Below, piece by piece: positions 1-13,743 of a stretch of DNA of 56,875 nucleotides (the first letter of the stretch is position 1; each line of letters opens with the position of its first letter). The notes under the pieces were generated by a model. The model had not been told where the DNA came from. It searched no databases and saw nothing but the letters and a program-made list of their open reading frames with translations. The stretch is from Octopus bimaculoides (lineage: Eukaryota), in assembly GCF_001194135.2 (NCBI RefSeq), contig NC_068994.1:318993-375867 (forward strand), given 5' to 3'. The translations under genes and the position numbers were made by a program.

Positions 1-65
1 TAGCGTTTCTCTTCTTCTTTCTTTCAAAGAACGAGAATCTATTTCATAGTTACGTAATTTGTTAA

Positions 66-110
<45 letters not shown>

Positions 111-215
111 TCTTTCTAATTTTGACTCAAGGCCAGCAATTTTGAGAGGAGGGGGTTAAGCCGATTATATTTGACTGGTACTTAATTTCATGGGCCTCGA
201 AAGCATGAAAGATGC
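66..215 (-). mobile_element. 3' part of a tRNA-derived SINE with (ATT)n tail
   Basis: Reverse complement reads ...atgaaattaagtaccagtc...aatcggcttaaccccctcctctcaaaattgctggccttgagtcaaaattagaaaga then (ATT)n; same family as the copies at 6485 and 23813. Confidence 0.7.
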
Positions 216-965
216 CTCTCCCGGATTCCTTAACCTTCCTCAGGAGTAAATACTCCGAGTAGATAATTCCGAGCTGACTGGAAACCCGTCGCTTTACAAT
301 TGAACAGTCAAGACTAATGGCTGAGATGCGATCGAAGATCTCCTAACCACAGCAAATACATTCGTTGTAGCGCGAAGCAGTGATGAGAAATTAGATGAGT
401 TCAAATATGCTTGGGACATATTTCTTTAACTTCTGAAGGCAACTTCACCGAGGAGAAAAACATTCTCGCTTATTACAGGTGTGAACACACTATTATCAGC
501 ATAGTGGCGCCCTCTCTCGGCCTCCTAGATGCATTTCTGGCTACATACTCTTCCATAGTAGAAGATACCGAGGAGAGTGTCCATATGGGTGCGAAGGCTC
601 TGGAATGCAGGAACATCATAATCTCAAGCACGGACAAAAGATCCCGAAAATGTTCGGTGCCATTCGCTGCATATCTGCTTTTATATCAGAGTGACCTTCT
701 CCTAGGAACATGTTTTAACAAAAGCTGAGGGGTGCCTCACTCCAAGAAGTCTCCCAGCCTGGAATTCCTGAGGATCCGTGCTATTGTTAGATAGTCGTAC
801 ACCCTACACTAGGTTCAGCTGTCCTTTTGACAGGTCTTGTTTTACTTCTGCTAGCTTGGTGTGGGGTGGCAGCTTAGTCGTCGACGACCCGATCTTGCAA
901 CAGGCTGCACTGGATTCCATGTTACCAGTAGCACTCGTGAGAAGCTTCACAATTGCCCTGACACA

Positions 966-1132
966 ATATATATACGACGGGCTTCTTTCAGTTTCCGTCT
1001 ACCAAATCCTCTCACAAGACTTTTGTCGACCCGAGGTTATAGAAGAAGACACTTGCCCAAAATAACACGCAGTGAGACTGAACCCGGAACCATGAGGTTG
1101 GGAAACGAGCTTCTTACCACACAGCCATGCCT
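966..1132 (-). mobile_element. SINE 5' half (tRNA-like head + CORE-like domain, OR2-like)
   Basis: Reverse complement aggcatggctgtgtggtaagaag...ggttccgggttcagt...ttgggcaagtgtcttc...ggatttggtagacggaaactgaaagaagcccgtcgtatatata closely matches the copy at 33066. Confidence 0.85.
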
Positions 1133-1169
1133 GTTCATGTGTTTGTTTTTAGGTGCATAAACAACTGCC

Positions 1170-1200
<31 letters not shown>

Positions 1201-2865
1201 TTATATGCACAGACGTGTGTGTATACAAACACACACACACACACACATAGAAAGATACTGATAACCTCACAAATTTACCCCCTACACACACACACTCACA
1301 CATCTATATACACTCTCTCACACACACATAGACATTTACATACATATAAACACACGCATACACAGACACACTGTGGTGGGTGTAGGAAGTGCATGTGGTG
1401 GTGGTGGTGGTGGTGGTGGTGGGAGTGACAATGTTATCTAAATTGGTCGGGGGTCGGGGGTTTGAAACACAACATCTTGTTATTAATGGGGAGGCGTAGG
1501 CAGAGTAGCAACAACAGCGAAAGAAAGCACATCGGTTGTTACGCAGCCCACTAGAAATAGCAACCGAATCTCCCTCAGACGTTGAATTAAGTTGGAACAT
1601 ATGGGTAAACGTAATCCAGGATATTTTGAGTGAGATAAGCAAGAAAGGTCATGGCAGGAACGTCTGATCGGAGCTGACCTAGGGTTAAACAACAACAAAG
1701 CGAAACCTTCACTTTTTCCTTATGAGGAGACAATGGAATGGGGGAGGGGAGAAGGCGGTCAATTAATAGTCACTTGGTCAGCTAGAAACAGCAGTCAAAT
1801 GTTCCTCATACACATTCGTACCGTTTAAAAGCGAATACCTTATATAGTCGTGGTCTCAACAGAGACGAGGTGGTCATGGCTGGAGTAACTATGATAATAA
1901 CTGTACTCAACAACATACAAGAGTAGTAACAACAACAAAACAGACTGCTATTGTGTCACGTGACCTCGAGACATGTTCACTTCTCCCCCCCCCCCATCTC
2001 TCANNNNNNNNNNCACTTCTCCCCCCCCCCCATCTCTCATTAAGCTTTTCTTTCTAATCAGTTTAGGGGCACCTGTTCCCGAATTGCATTATCTAATGAA
2101 GCCCAACCATTGCTTGATGTGATCCCTGGGGGCAGGGCGTGTGTATGTCATAGGCTGGAGGCCTCTATAACTAGTCGGCTGGCGGCGAAAGAGAGTGAGG
2201 GAGCTCGACATACAGACAGACAGATAAGAGCACCGAACCCTCACAGAAATATTAAATTACCTCAATTTGGATGACGGAAACGGTATTGAACAGTAGGGGG
2301 TAGTAAGGGGTACAGTATGGGTGGTGGGAGAAAGGATAGAGAACGATATCTCATTTCAAATCTCACGGTTCTGAGTTCAATTTCAAGTAAGGTCGGCGAT
2401 AATCTAAACGCAAGAGGATAATTATCTTAATGCTGCCTTGTGTATGTTGGGGTGGGGGTGGGGGGTACGGGTACTTTGAGTGTTCGTTATGTTGGAGGAG
2501 GTTGTGCTTCGGGTGCCGCTTTATGCTGTTAATATTGATGTGCTACCACAGTGCTACAACTGTTTAACCCAAGGCCAGTCCGAACTAAGCACATTTATGA
2601 TTAAAGACAAATCAGCCGTGACCATCATTTTTTCAGGCATTGTACATCTAGGAGTATATTAAGCAATGTGTCCCCCTATTTCCAAAAGAGTAGGTTATAG
2701 TTTGAGGGAAGATGGTTGCTATTTTGAGTCGGATTCGTGTTGGAGAGGTGGAGGGGAGGGGAGAGATATTGTAAAGGTGCGAGAACGGGTGATAGTGAGG
2801 GGGAGATGGTGATAGTAAAGGAAGGTGTGGAGAGGGAGGGAGGGAGTGGGGGGGTTGTTTAACAC

Positions 2866-2892
2866 TAACCCTGACCCTAACCCTAACCCTAA
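2866..2892 (-). repeat. Short interstitial (TTAGGG)n-like tract, about 4 units
   Basis: + strand ctaaccctgaccctaaccctaaccctaac. Confidence 0.7.
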
Positions 2893-3164
2893 CGGAATGA
2901 ACATTAAACAAAAGCATTCCTGCCGTGACAACCCTTTCAGAATATAGTGGTCCATTTTAAGCAATCTGTCTTACCCTTGTTTAAGAGAGTTGGGGGTATG
3001 ATTTGAGGGCGATTTGGATCACTATTTCTGACAAGGGAGGGAGGTCACGTAGAGGGGCCGTTGTTTCAAGATGAACTTGCAATGATAAACGGTGACGTGA
3101 TGGCTTTCAGCGAAGGCTAAAAAGCAAAATATCTCCAGCATTGAAGAGGGGACAGTCGATAAAA

Positions 3165-3250
3165 CAGAACCCGAGTATGTGACTGGTAATTTATTATACC
3201 AGGCCCCAAAAGCTAAACTTTGGCGAGATTTGAACTCAGAATGTAAAATG
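3165..3250 (-). mobile_element. Degenerate SINE fragment
   Basis: Reverse complement ...ttttacattctgagttcaaatctcgccaaagtt...taaattaccagtc resembles the SINE at 23813. Confidence 0.5.
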
Positions 3251-3539
3251 GTTGAAAATAAACAACACAAGACTTTTTTTTTCCTGCTCTACCGATTCTT
3301 CCAATATATTACCACTGTTATAACTCTGACATGATATGATGGAGAGGGGGTGGGGAGGAGGAGATGCTGGATGAAGGAGTTGAGAATGATGAGAGACAAA
3401 TACGTTTGTTTGTAATTGATCGTAATGAGGATTATGGCACATAGATGGAGCCACTGTGGGTGAGACCAGTGACTGAGGGAGGAGAGAGAGAAGGAAGGAA
3501 CACGAAGGTTAATCAATGGCAGAATAATTAATATCACCA

Positions 3540-3540
3540 A

Positions 3541-3573
<33 letters not shown>
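3540..3573. repeat. (CAT)n microsatellite
   Basis: Direct reading; explains the poly-Met ORF at 3289-3576. Confidence 0.95.
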
Positions 3574-3575
<2 letters not shown>

Positions 3576-4011
3576 CAACTATTATTCATCACCATCATCA
3601 TTAGCGTCATCACCAAATGAAGAGCAGAAACAAATCAAAATTTGTGATATATTAAGTGTTGATCAACAACAACAACAACGCTCCCCACTGAATGGGTATT
3701 AATAATGTTTTAGTGACATCAACATCAGCAACAATAACAAGCAGATGTCGAGTATTTGTTGAGTTAAAAAATAATTTCTCAGAAAATATGAATATTGATG
3801 GAACAGGAGAAAAAGGGTTGGGATGCAATGGACGGAGGCGACTGTACACATGCCTGCCCCTGCCCTATTCATTGCGGTATTGTTTGAGTTGTTTAACCCG
3901 ATGGTTATGACGAAAACCATTCTATCTGTAGCCATCTCCTCTCTTAGCATAACAAAGGAGGAAGGACAACTCTAGATTCTAGACAACTAAACACCCCCAA
4001 TACATCTAAAT

Positions 4012-4057
<46 letters not shown>

Positions 4058-4161
4058 ACACACTCGAAAATACATATTTATAATATATAAGTGTGTGTGT
4101 GTGTGAATATACACGCACAAAAAAAAGAAATGAATGGGGGTTTAAAATCAACTACAGCGGT

Positions 4162-4660
4162 NNNNNNNNNNNNNNNNNNNNNNNNNNNNNNNNNNNNNNN
4201 NNNNNNNNNNNNNNNNNNNNNNNNNNNNNNNNNNNNNNNNNNNNNNNNNNNNNNNNNNNNNNNNNNNNNNNNNNNNNNNNNNNNNNNNNNNNNNNNNNNN
4301 NNNNNNNNNNNNNNNNNNNNNNNNNNNNNNNNNNNNNNNNNNNNNNNNNNNNNNNNNNNNNNNNNNNNNNNNNNNNNNNNNNNNNNNNNNNNNNNNNNNN
4401 NNNNNNNNNNNNNNNNNNNNNNNNNNNNNNNNNNNNNNNNNNNNNNNNNNNNNNNNNNNNNNNNNNNNNNNNNNNNNNNNNNNNNNNNNNNNNNNNNNNN
4501 NNNNNNNNNNNNNNNNNNNNNNNNNNNNNNNNNNNNNNNNNNNNNNNNNNNNNNNNNNNNNNNNNNNNNNNNNNNNNNNNNNNNNNNNNNNNNNNNNNNN
4601 NNNNNNNNNNNNNNNNNNNNNNNNNNNNNNNNNNNNNNNNNNNNNNNNNNNNNNNNNNNN
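4162..4660. other. Assembly gap (N run). Other large gaps: 14309-14948, 16352-16764, 17564-17942, 19875-20340, 36409-37011, 38010-38166, 41865-42338, 44666-44797
   Basis: N characters. Confidence 1.
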
Positions 4661-5111
4661 TAAAACAAGGTTTAACTTTTTAAAATAAATCTGATAAGTT
4701 TTTCCCAAAAATGTAAAAACTGAAAAATGACAGAAGGGAACTGGTGTCAAAAAATGTCCCCCCCCCCTTCCCACCCGCCAAAAAGAAAAAACTGCAAGTT
4801 GCTGACTTGTAATCTTCGATGCTGAAACATACAAATGCAAGGAATTTACGGCTTTGAATGCATTCGATAGTTTCTGATTTTATTCTTCAGAAATTTCTAT
4901 GATGGATAGAATTTGGAGGTTGTCTCGGTTTGATCCGAAGAAATTTTGATCGACCTACGCTTCGTCTTCACCCAGTAATACAGAACTACCAGAGGCCTTC
5001 TCATAGAGAAGCCATTTCCTAGTTTTTTATAGCTGCATTCTTTAGTAAAGTATTTTTAGATAAGTAACAATATGTTCAATAATAGAGAATTAAAAGTGAA
5101 AGGGAGAGGGT

Positions 5112-5142
<31 letters not shown>

Positions 5143-5531
5143 GGTATATGGCGCCCTTTCTCAGATATTATCACTTCGTATAAACAATATTCAGTTGAAG
5201 CTTCTGTTTGTCGTTGACAGTCAATAAAGAAGGGCCCACTGTGAAACGATATGTCTTTTGACAAGGATTGAAATATCTCGACACGGTAAACACCCGGAAT
5301 AATTTGGGGGTAAAAACCAATTAATATTGGCAGTGGAAAAAAGAAACTCCCACCCGGAAATAGAATGACATCTCTTGAAGATGCCAGAAGTGGCTGGCAT
5401 ACGTTAGATTAATACCCCCTAGGGGCTGCACATCGGTTTCCGTTCCTCTCTCGTAGGGAAACCTGAGTAGTGGTTCTTAACAACGAGCTAAAGGGGCATT
5501 AGACGCTCACATATATCTATGTAACTGCGTA

Positions 5532-5556
5532 CGTGTGTGTGTGTGTAGTATGGTGT

Positions 5557-5649
<93 letters not shown>

Positions 5650-5698
5650 TGTATGTGGTGTGTGTGGTGTGGTGTGGTGTGTGTGTGTGTGTGTGTGT
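5532..5698. repeat. (TG)n / (TGG) compound microsatellite
   Basis: Direct reading. Confidence 0.95.
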
Positions 5699-6249
5699 AA
5701 GTCCATTTAGAAAAGCCAGCAGGAGTCAAGGGAGCGAGACGATGTCTCGGTGATGTAGACAAAGAAAACGGTGTGTTTAACCAGAACAAACAACTACACA
5801 CACACATACACACACATACATATGTGTGTTTATGCGTTTATGTGTATATGTGTATAGAGGTGTGTGTGTATGTATGTGCTTGTACACACTAAAATCCCAA
5901 CTTACAAACGAAGTCACACATGTCAATACATTGACGTGTGTGTGTGTGTTTACGTGTGTGAGTATGAATGCTTCACTACCTTCGTGTGTGGCTGTGTGTG
6001 TGTGTATAGATATGTGAGTGATTAGAGGTGAATGTGTGTTTATGTGTGAGGTCCTAAAGAAAACTAGACAGCAAGTTGCTCCGATATTTCTGAGATAACA
6101 AGAAGTGGGTGGGGGGTAGATTACCCTTACCCTAACCAGCCACCTTTCCAATATAGACTCGACTCGATCCCACCCCTCCAGAATTTGAACCTGTCTAAAT
6201 ATTGGCCGAACCTTTTCCGGTGTTGCTAGTCTTTCCTGTCAATAATCGA

Positions 6250-6313
6250 CCGGAAATGAATGCGAAGCAAATGTTGTTTCGACCAATGAGATTCCTTGGA
6301 ACACGTGACGTCA
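6250..6313. promoter_or_regulatory. Motif cluster: ETS-like CCGGAAAT, CCAAT box, overlapping E-box and full CRE
   Basis: accggaaatg at about 6250, gaCCAATgag 6283-6287, CACGTG 6302-6307 overlapping TGACGTCA 6306-6313. Function is inferred from motifs only. Confidence 0.35.
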
Positions 6314-6445
6314 CACCACAAGTCTGAGGTGACCAGTGAAAGGACAAGAGAAAGACTGAAAGAACAACAGTCGCGTTGGAAGCAAATGACGTTCTTCTCT
6401 TTCTTTCTTTCTTTCTTTCTCTGAGTGTATGGCGGGCGCGCGCGC

Positions 6446-6476
<31 letters not shown>

Positions 6477-6484
6477 GAACTAAA

Positions 6485-6665
6485 TGCTGGACAAGATACT
6501 TAGCAGCTTGTCTGCTGGCGCTTTCCGTTCTAAGTTCAAATTCCACTGAGGTCCATTTCGCTAGTCATCTCTTCGGAGTTGATAAAATAAACAATTAGCT
6601 GAGCAGTGAGGTTGGTGCAATCGACCGGACTCCTCCCTACTCAAATTTCAGGCTTTGTGCCTTTA
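6485..6665 (+). mobile_element. Degenerate near-complete tRNA-derived SINE with (ATC)n tail
   Basis: ttccgttctaagttcaaattccactgaggtc...ttcggagttgataaaataa...gcaatcgac...caaatttcaggctttgtgcct then (ATC)n; homologous to 23813-23985. Confidence 0.7.
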
Positions 6666-6696
6666 TCATCATCATCATCATCATCATTGTTATCTA

Positions 6697-6755
6697 AAAG
6701 GCAGCAAGCTGGCAGAATTGTTAGTAGCCCCGGGGAAATGCTTAGCGGCATTGCT
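6697..6755 (+). mobile_element. Isolated SINE tRNA-like head
   Basis: ggcagcaagctggcagaattgttagtagccccggggaaatgcttagcggcatt matches the head of the same family. Confidence 0.65.
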
Positions 6756-7560
6756 GATCAATTTGGACGTGGCCGAAAAAGAAGCGTGCGGACTCCTCAG
6801 CTTATCAAAAGTATTACAGAAAAGATACTGTGAAATCCTCGTCATTCTATCAGAAAACTGGCTGCCACAGCAAAAGTAAGCCGAACATCGATGTATCGAG
6901 TGCTGAAGGAGGATCTCAGGACCCACCCCTACAAGATGATCCGTAGTCATAAGCTCACGCAAGTTTATGAGACTAGAGAGAAATCGTCTTACCCTGCGTC
7001 AGATTGCTGAAGGCACGCTGCCCAACCTGGGGTTCACTATGAAAAGAAATTTGACATCGAACCGACAGTAAACCACCAGAATGACCGACTTTGGAGTGTT
7101 TCTGGCTACGTCAAAATCCAGTCAGTTAAGGTTTGGATGGCTATGACGACCACTGAAAGGGCTTCCCTCGTTTTTGTTCCCTCGGGTGTTAAAATTAACA
7201 CCCAACAATAGATTCTGGAAGCTGAACTGCTTCCATGGGCGAATGAGCACTTTCAAGGTGCACCTTGGAGCCTTCAACAGACTTGGAACAATCTCACAGC
7301 TTCAAACAGACACAACACTGGATCCAGAAAAACATTCCGTCGTTCATAGGCAAGGATGTATGGCCCTCATGAAGCCCCGATCTCAACCCGTTGGATTTTT
7401 CTGTTTGTTCCATTTTGGAGCTCGACCCTCTGAAGGCAAATCTGCGCCAGGAATGGGCTTCAATTCTGCAAGAACAACTGCGTGTCGTGTGTGAAGCATT
7501 CGCACCTAGGCTTAAGGTTGTGATTCGAAACACAGGTGGTCATATCGAACAAATGCGGTT
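6756..7560 (+). pseudogene. Decayed Tc1/mariner transposase, maT/DD37D-like
   Basis: Frameshifted translation GRGRKRSVRTPQLIKSITEKIL*NPRHSIRKLA...VLKEDLRTHPYKM...KKFDIEPTVNHQNDRLW...LVFVPSGVKIN...PWANEHFQGAPWSLQQ...WIQKNIPSFIGKDVWPS*SPDLNPLDFSV...RLKVVIRNTGGHIEQ. The SPDLNPLD motif (final D) is typical of maT. Confidence 0.85.
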
Positions 7561-8805
7561 CTGTCATAATTGTGTTTCATTTACCATTGCATTGCAACGC
7601 TCGGATCCGAAATATAACAATATTTCGCTTTCGCAAAATTGAAAAAGGTTGGCTGCCTTAATTTTGGAACAGCAGAGAGAAAGAGAGAGGTGGGAGGATT
7701 GATAAAGGGTTTAAATGTTAAGAGGGTTACGGTTAGAAAATGTGCCATTTGTAGAGAACAAATTCTATGGAGTTTTATTTTGAAAGGGTGTTTCAGAAAA
7801 CATCCAGCTTGTGAATATCACCCCGATTTCACTGAATAATGTCAAAGCCTCTGTGTAGTCATTCGATCTGCATGAAATAGCAACTAAATCTTCTTTAAAC
7901 CACACCCTCATTAGATAATGTCAATCGGAGTAAATTACAATTGAAAGGAAACAGATGGAATGGTCACGGCAGGAATATCTTAAATCAAATCTGACTAAAT
8001 TATTTATTAATGATGAGCCAGAAGAGGAAGGAGAGCATCCACAACCCTTTCAGACCTGCCATGGTTGGTGGGAGCGGGAGAAGGGGTGGGGTGGAAGGTA
8101 TCCTTTGACCAAAGACCTGACCTGAAGTATTGCAACACAGTGACCCCCACCACTACCACTATTAAATAGGGTTACGGACCAACTAACGATGTTAAAATGA
8201 GTGACGGATGAAGTCTACGACACAGCGACATCAGCCGTCACCACCACCACCACCACCACCACCACCGTAAACGTCGTCCACTCAAGTTCCGGTTACCAGA
8301 GATTCAGGAAGAAGACAGTTTCACAATGTGACACTCACTGGGGTAGCAAAGAGCGGGTGGGGGTGTGGGGTGTTGACCACCCGGCCATGTCCACTGCTCC
8401 CATTAGATCGACATAAATGTTGGTGTGTGTGTGAGAGAGAGAAAGAGTGTGTGTGTGTGTGTGTGTTTATGAGGGCGGAGGTGTATGTTTACATGCAAAA
8501 ATGAGTGTGTGTGTGTATGTTTATATGGACGGATGGATGTGTGTATACGTATGTACGCTTATGCAGGTTTATATGTGTGTATATGTATCTATATATGAAT
8601 GTGTGAGATTGTTTGTAGTCTTATGTTTAATGTCAATAAGAACTATCCACCGTCACGTGCTCAACATGCGTCGTTGTTATAAATGGCAGCGCCACAATTA
8701 AACGCCAACATAAATACCTTAACTCACAAAGGGCAGACAACTGCTGTGGACTAGAAACATGAATCGAGTTTGATAGAAAAGAATCAAGTGTTGAGTTAAA
8801 ATAAG

Positions 8806-8811
<6 letters not shown>

Positions 8812-8876
<65 letters not shown>
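8812..8876. repeat. (GA)n microsatellite
   Basis: Direct reading. Confidence 0.95.
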
Positions 8877-8880
<4 letters not shown>

Positions 8881-9095
8881 AGATAAGAAGAGGAGCAAAG
8901 AGACGGAGAAGTATATGAGAAAGTGAATAATAAGTGAAGAGAATGGTAAAGTGAAGAAGTGATGATAATGAGTCACAGATGTCCATTTGAGACGTCGATT
9001 TGGTCAACATTCCTTGTGAACATTGCGAAGAATGGTGTCTTCGGTTGCAGACTGTGATGCAATACATCAGGTGAACAGAATCGCAGCAGTGACAC

Positions 9096-9159
<64 letters not shown>

Positions 9160-9591
9160 TTCGCTCACTCCCTTACTCTCTCACTCGCTCTTTTTCCCTC
9201 TCTCTTATCAGTTGAATACATAGTTCGTATTTCACACGAAACTAATACCTTCACACATATAGAAGTGTATTTAAGTGAATACAACACACACACACACACA
9301 CACACATACACACACACACACACACATACACACACACACAAGACAGATTTACACATGTACATACATACACAAACACACACATACATACGCAAACACACAC
9401 ACACACACACACGCACACACACACACACGCACACGTATATAGGGGGTTTCATAGTNNNNNNNNNNTTGTTCGAGTCGTAGTTACACGTTTCAAATGTGTT
9501 CCATCATTGTATGTACAAAGATGTAGGTATATATTTAATCATATACATCGATATATATATATATATATATACACACACCCATATAAATTTG

Positions 9592-9638
<47 letters not shown>

Positions 9639-10572
9639 CTGTATGTGTGTGTGTGTGCAGGTGTGGAAAAGTAACTAGAAGAGTGCGGAGTCCAGTGAAC
9701 TCGTTGTGGAGAGTAGAACAGTCGGTATTTCGGAGGGTGGACCTTCAGAGTAAAGATAGCAGCAGAGAAAAAAAGAAAAGAAATGAGTAGGATTTTACAC
9801 ACAAACCATTTTTGAGAAACTGAAGAAAAAGTGTCCGTAAACATCGGACACTCCATTCTCCACGGAAATTTCGCTGTAATTTTTTGTAATTTTGTCTCAT
9901 TAATACATATTTTGCTGACACAGATCACCAGATGTCTTCTATTCTATTATATATCTCATATTTACCGGCGCACGATGTATATTTTGTGGGGGAAAAAAAA
10001 ACAAATTTAATATGTTTGATGATGCTCTTGTATGATACTGTGACAGAATACTGGAATAAAACATGAAGCCATACATTTATCTGAAATAAACTACGTTATA
10101 CCAACACCATATATGGAATCAATTGTGCAGATGTTTATATTTTGGTAAATAGAATTGCTATATAAGGCGTAAAACTGAGAAGGGAATCTGCTTCCAAGGC
10201 AAACGAATATCTACCTAAAGGGGTTGTGTAGTGATACAGTTGTAGGAACAACACAATTCGTTTGTAAATACTTTTATAAACGTTAATTCTAAATATAACA
10301 CTATACACACACACACACACACACACAGGGATATAATCCCACCACTAACAACATTCAAACAAGGTATATGTGTGTGTATGTGTGAGTGTGTATAAATATT
10401 CACTCCTCTTACTTGCACCTCTTCCTCTCCAACTCCTTCTTGTTCGTCATCTCTATAGCAATAGACATAGCGACTCTCTCTCTCTCTCTGCAAGTAAAGT
10501 GAGTTTTCTCTGGAGAAGCGAGCTGAAACATCTGTCCATATTGTTAGGAAACAATAATGCCAATACATGATC

Positions 10573-10712
<140 letters not shown>

Positions 10713-11028
10713 TCTGTATAGATATACGTATGCGTATCTCTATGCACACATATTTCTGTATTTGCGATCAACCTTTAATATTTTTTTCTTTTGTTTACAT
10801 CTGTGTGTGTTTATTCCTGCGTGTATATAGTTGTGTGTGTGTGTGTTTATGCATGTATGTGTGCAAGTATATATTATATGTGCGTATGGGTTTCAATGTA
10901 TGAGTAAATGTATATATGTGTGTGTCTATATGTGTGTGTGTTTCTAATAATCTATGAGTTATTTTACAAAAGCGTTGTCATCTGTAGATCATCTCTAGCA
11001 TCACCTGTCACGGGGAAGTACTGTATAT

Positions 11029-11067
<39 letters not shown>

Positions 11068-11191
11068 CATATATACATGTGTATATGTATGTGCGTATCC
11101 ATATGTTTATGTGTGTGCATGTATTTGTATATATGGATGTGTATATGTATGTGTGAATTCATGTAGCTATGTAGGTATGCATGTTTAAGTG

Positions 11192-11239
<48 letters not shown>

Positions 11240-11859
11240 CTGACATATATGAATGGATGTAACTAATTGTGCGTGTGTATGTATGTACACACACATACAT
11301 ACATACGTACGCGTGCACACACACACTCACACACAAACTATTGAATCCATCTAGCAGAGACGCCAACAGATTCAATCACTTATGGATATGGTCTTCGACT
11401 ACGAGAAAAAGTCGTCGTCGTCGTCGTCGTCAGGGCGTGACCAGCGTTTCTTGTGCATTTCGATCCTAAACAACATCATCTTCCATTAAACGGGTCAGCA
11501 GTGATCGTCGATCTCTGCCCATTTTCTCTTGGTTTCCAGTTCGACTTCTGCTTGTTCCAAAACCAGCAACATGCCCCACCCCCTCCACCTGCGTCTCACT
11601 TTCTGCTGCTGCCAGAACCAACTTCTGCCGGGAAACCCCTACAATCAATTTTCACTGAAAATACCTAAACCTTTCAACCCTTTTTCGCTGTTTCGTTGGT
11701 AACTTTGTACTTGGTGGCTTTCTTCTCAGAAATATGCTGCAGCAACAGAGAGCCCATTTAAGGGGCCAGGCTAAATAACCAGATCCTCTTTTAGGATACT
11801 GAGCATGTGCAACGTTACGACTTTAGTGTTCCCGCCCCCACTTTTAATCGCCAAACAAA

Positions 11860-12030
11860 TCGCTATGCATGGCGATTAAAAGCGGGGGAAACATCATATA
11901 AAATTAATAGGGAGCTGCTGGAACAACCTGGGATATACCTCAACGGAAGCAGACGGTGCAAACTTTGCTTAGCCAAGAGGAGTCTGATCCTAAAAAAAAA
12001 TTCGCACGATCCGGACGCCTTCTTGAATTT
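11860..12030 (+). pseudogene. Penelope-like retroelement, C-terminal GIY-YIG endonuclease region remnant
   Basis: YAWRLKAGETSYKINRELLEQPGIYLNGSRRCKLCLAKRSLILK resembles the IW.LK....Y.I.WEIL....Y.NGS.RC.LCL.EK..IL tail of Penelope/Poseidon ORFs (from family knowledge, not a search). Confidence 0.65.
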
Positions 12031-12494
12031 AGCTACTTTCTCCCGTTTGTGAAGTAGAGAATGGGAAAAAAAAAACGTCGGCAGACACAGCTGACGCACT
12101 TCAGCCACAACTCGGACTGTACCAGAGGAGAGAACTCTTCTTTGCATCTCAGAAAGAGATCTTTAATTGTTTTGGTTTATTCATCGCCAAACTGACCAAG
12201 ACTGTAACTCTAAGTCCATCAGTAAGGAGGCTGTGTGACTCCGGCTAGCAAGTCTGATGACCCGTCTGTATTGCCCTGTGTAATAGCAGACGCAAAACCA
12301 ACGATAATTTTTTTTTTCTGACTGATTATATGGATTAATGAAGTATATACTACTCGAAGGTATAAAAGTATAACCGCTCAAAAATTCTTTGACAATTATA
12401 TTTTCTGACGTCTGGACAAATGACAGCCTATGTGTGTGTGTGTATGTGTGTGTGTGTATGTGTGTGTGTGTGTGTGCATGGATATATGTAAGTT

Positions 12495-12550
12495 TGGGTG
12501 GTTAAGAAGCTTCCTTCGTAACAGTGAGATTCAAGGTTCGGTCTCTTTTC
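12495..12550 (+). mobile_element. SINE head remnant
   Basis: gtggttaagaagcttccttcgtaac...aggttcggtc resembles the OR2-like head. Confidence 0.45.
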
Positions 12551-13671
12551 GTTCGACTTCACCATCTTCGTTTTCGAAAATTCTTGAAAACTTTGGCTGT
12601 TTTTCACTGTTTGTCCAAACTTACAAGCAAAACAATAACACTGACTAATAAATTTTTCTTTATATAAAAAAACAAAAAAAAACGGACTTTCCCGAAAGGC
12701 TTTGCTCGCAGGACTTCCGGATTTTAGCTAAAATGAACGAAGAACCATGACGGAACCGCCTGTAAGTCATGGCTGTCGCTTGTTGAGAGGATCGTAATTA
12801 ATGGGTGTGTGCGTGTGTGTATACGTGTGTGTGTGTGTGTGTTGCTTGTATGTTGCTTGTATGTTGGTGTTGCTAGAGTAGTAGTAGTAGTAGTAGTAAT
12901 TGTCATCTAAATCAACATTAGCAGTGTTTGAGTGGACATGAAATGAAAGCTATCCAAATTGTGACCATCCCATCTGTTATCAGGCAGAGTGTATCTAGGA
13001 GCATCTTATTCAATGTGTTCTTCCTTTTGTCCTATAAAACTAAGGTTCAAATTTGAGGGAAATTCTGGTGTTTGTTTTCAACATTGGATGCTTTATACGT
13101 TTTGACATCCGTTTCTGGAGATCAAGGCAATAATTTGAGGGCGCATTGGCTGTTATTATTTGCAGGTTGATCGACCACTTAGAAGCACCCTCAATGGCTC
13201 ATTTCTTTCTAGCTGTGTGTGGGTGTGTGCGTGTGCGTGCGCGCGTGTTTGTGAGTGTGTGTGTGAGAATGTGTGTGTGTGCGTACACGTAAGTGTGTGC
13301 ATGAATGTATATGTGAGTCTGCATGTGTGAGTGAGTGTGCGTAAGCGTGTGTGTGTGACTGGACGTTAACGTGTGACCACCACCATTCATCATCACAGTC
13401 ATCAACAATATAGTCATCGTCTCTTCAGAAACACACGAACAAATATACATACATTTTCATATAACAAATATGCATATACACACACGTAGACAGACACACT
13501 CGTTTGTGTGCGTGTGTGTGTGTATGTGTGTTAATGAAATTTACTCCCAGCCAGTCTGTATACACCCCACCCCAACCCGTCCAACATCACTGTCCAGTTC
13601 ATGTTATACAATACGATTGTTATGAAATTACAGACATATCACATGACTATAGGACAGTGTGGACAGACAGA

Positions 13672-13703
13672 CAGACACACAGACAGACAGACAGACAGAC
13701 AGT

Positions 13704-13742
<39 letters not shown>
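13672..13742. repeat. (GACA)n-(GATA)n compound microsatellite
   Basis: Direct reading. Confidence 0.9.

Positions 13743-13743
<1 letters not shown>

Noticed and set aside
411-1065. ORFs 411-728 and 778-1065 as a gene
   Set aside because: No domain recognised. There are faint CR1-like words in several frames but no consistent alignment, and the second ORF runs into a SINE.
1978-2040. Direct repeat cacttctc(c)ncatctctca on both sides of 10 Ns
   Set aside because: This is a typical unmerged contig overlap (assembly artefact).
2866-2892. Chromosome end or fusion site
   Set aside because: Only about 4 imperfect units with no head-to-head arrangement; such short tracts are common inside repeats.
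4078-4840. Long ORFs made mostly of X (also near 14.2k, 16.3k, 17.5k, 19.5k, 36.3k, 41.7k)
   Set aside because: They are artefacts of N-gaps; only the CR1 and Tx1 portions carry real motifs.
8201-8416. 71-aa ORF with a poly-Thr tract
   Set aside because: It has a non-ATG start, the tract is an (ACC)n microsatellite, and no homology or clear splice signals were recognised.
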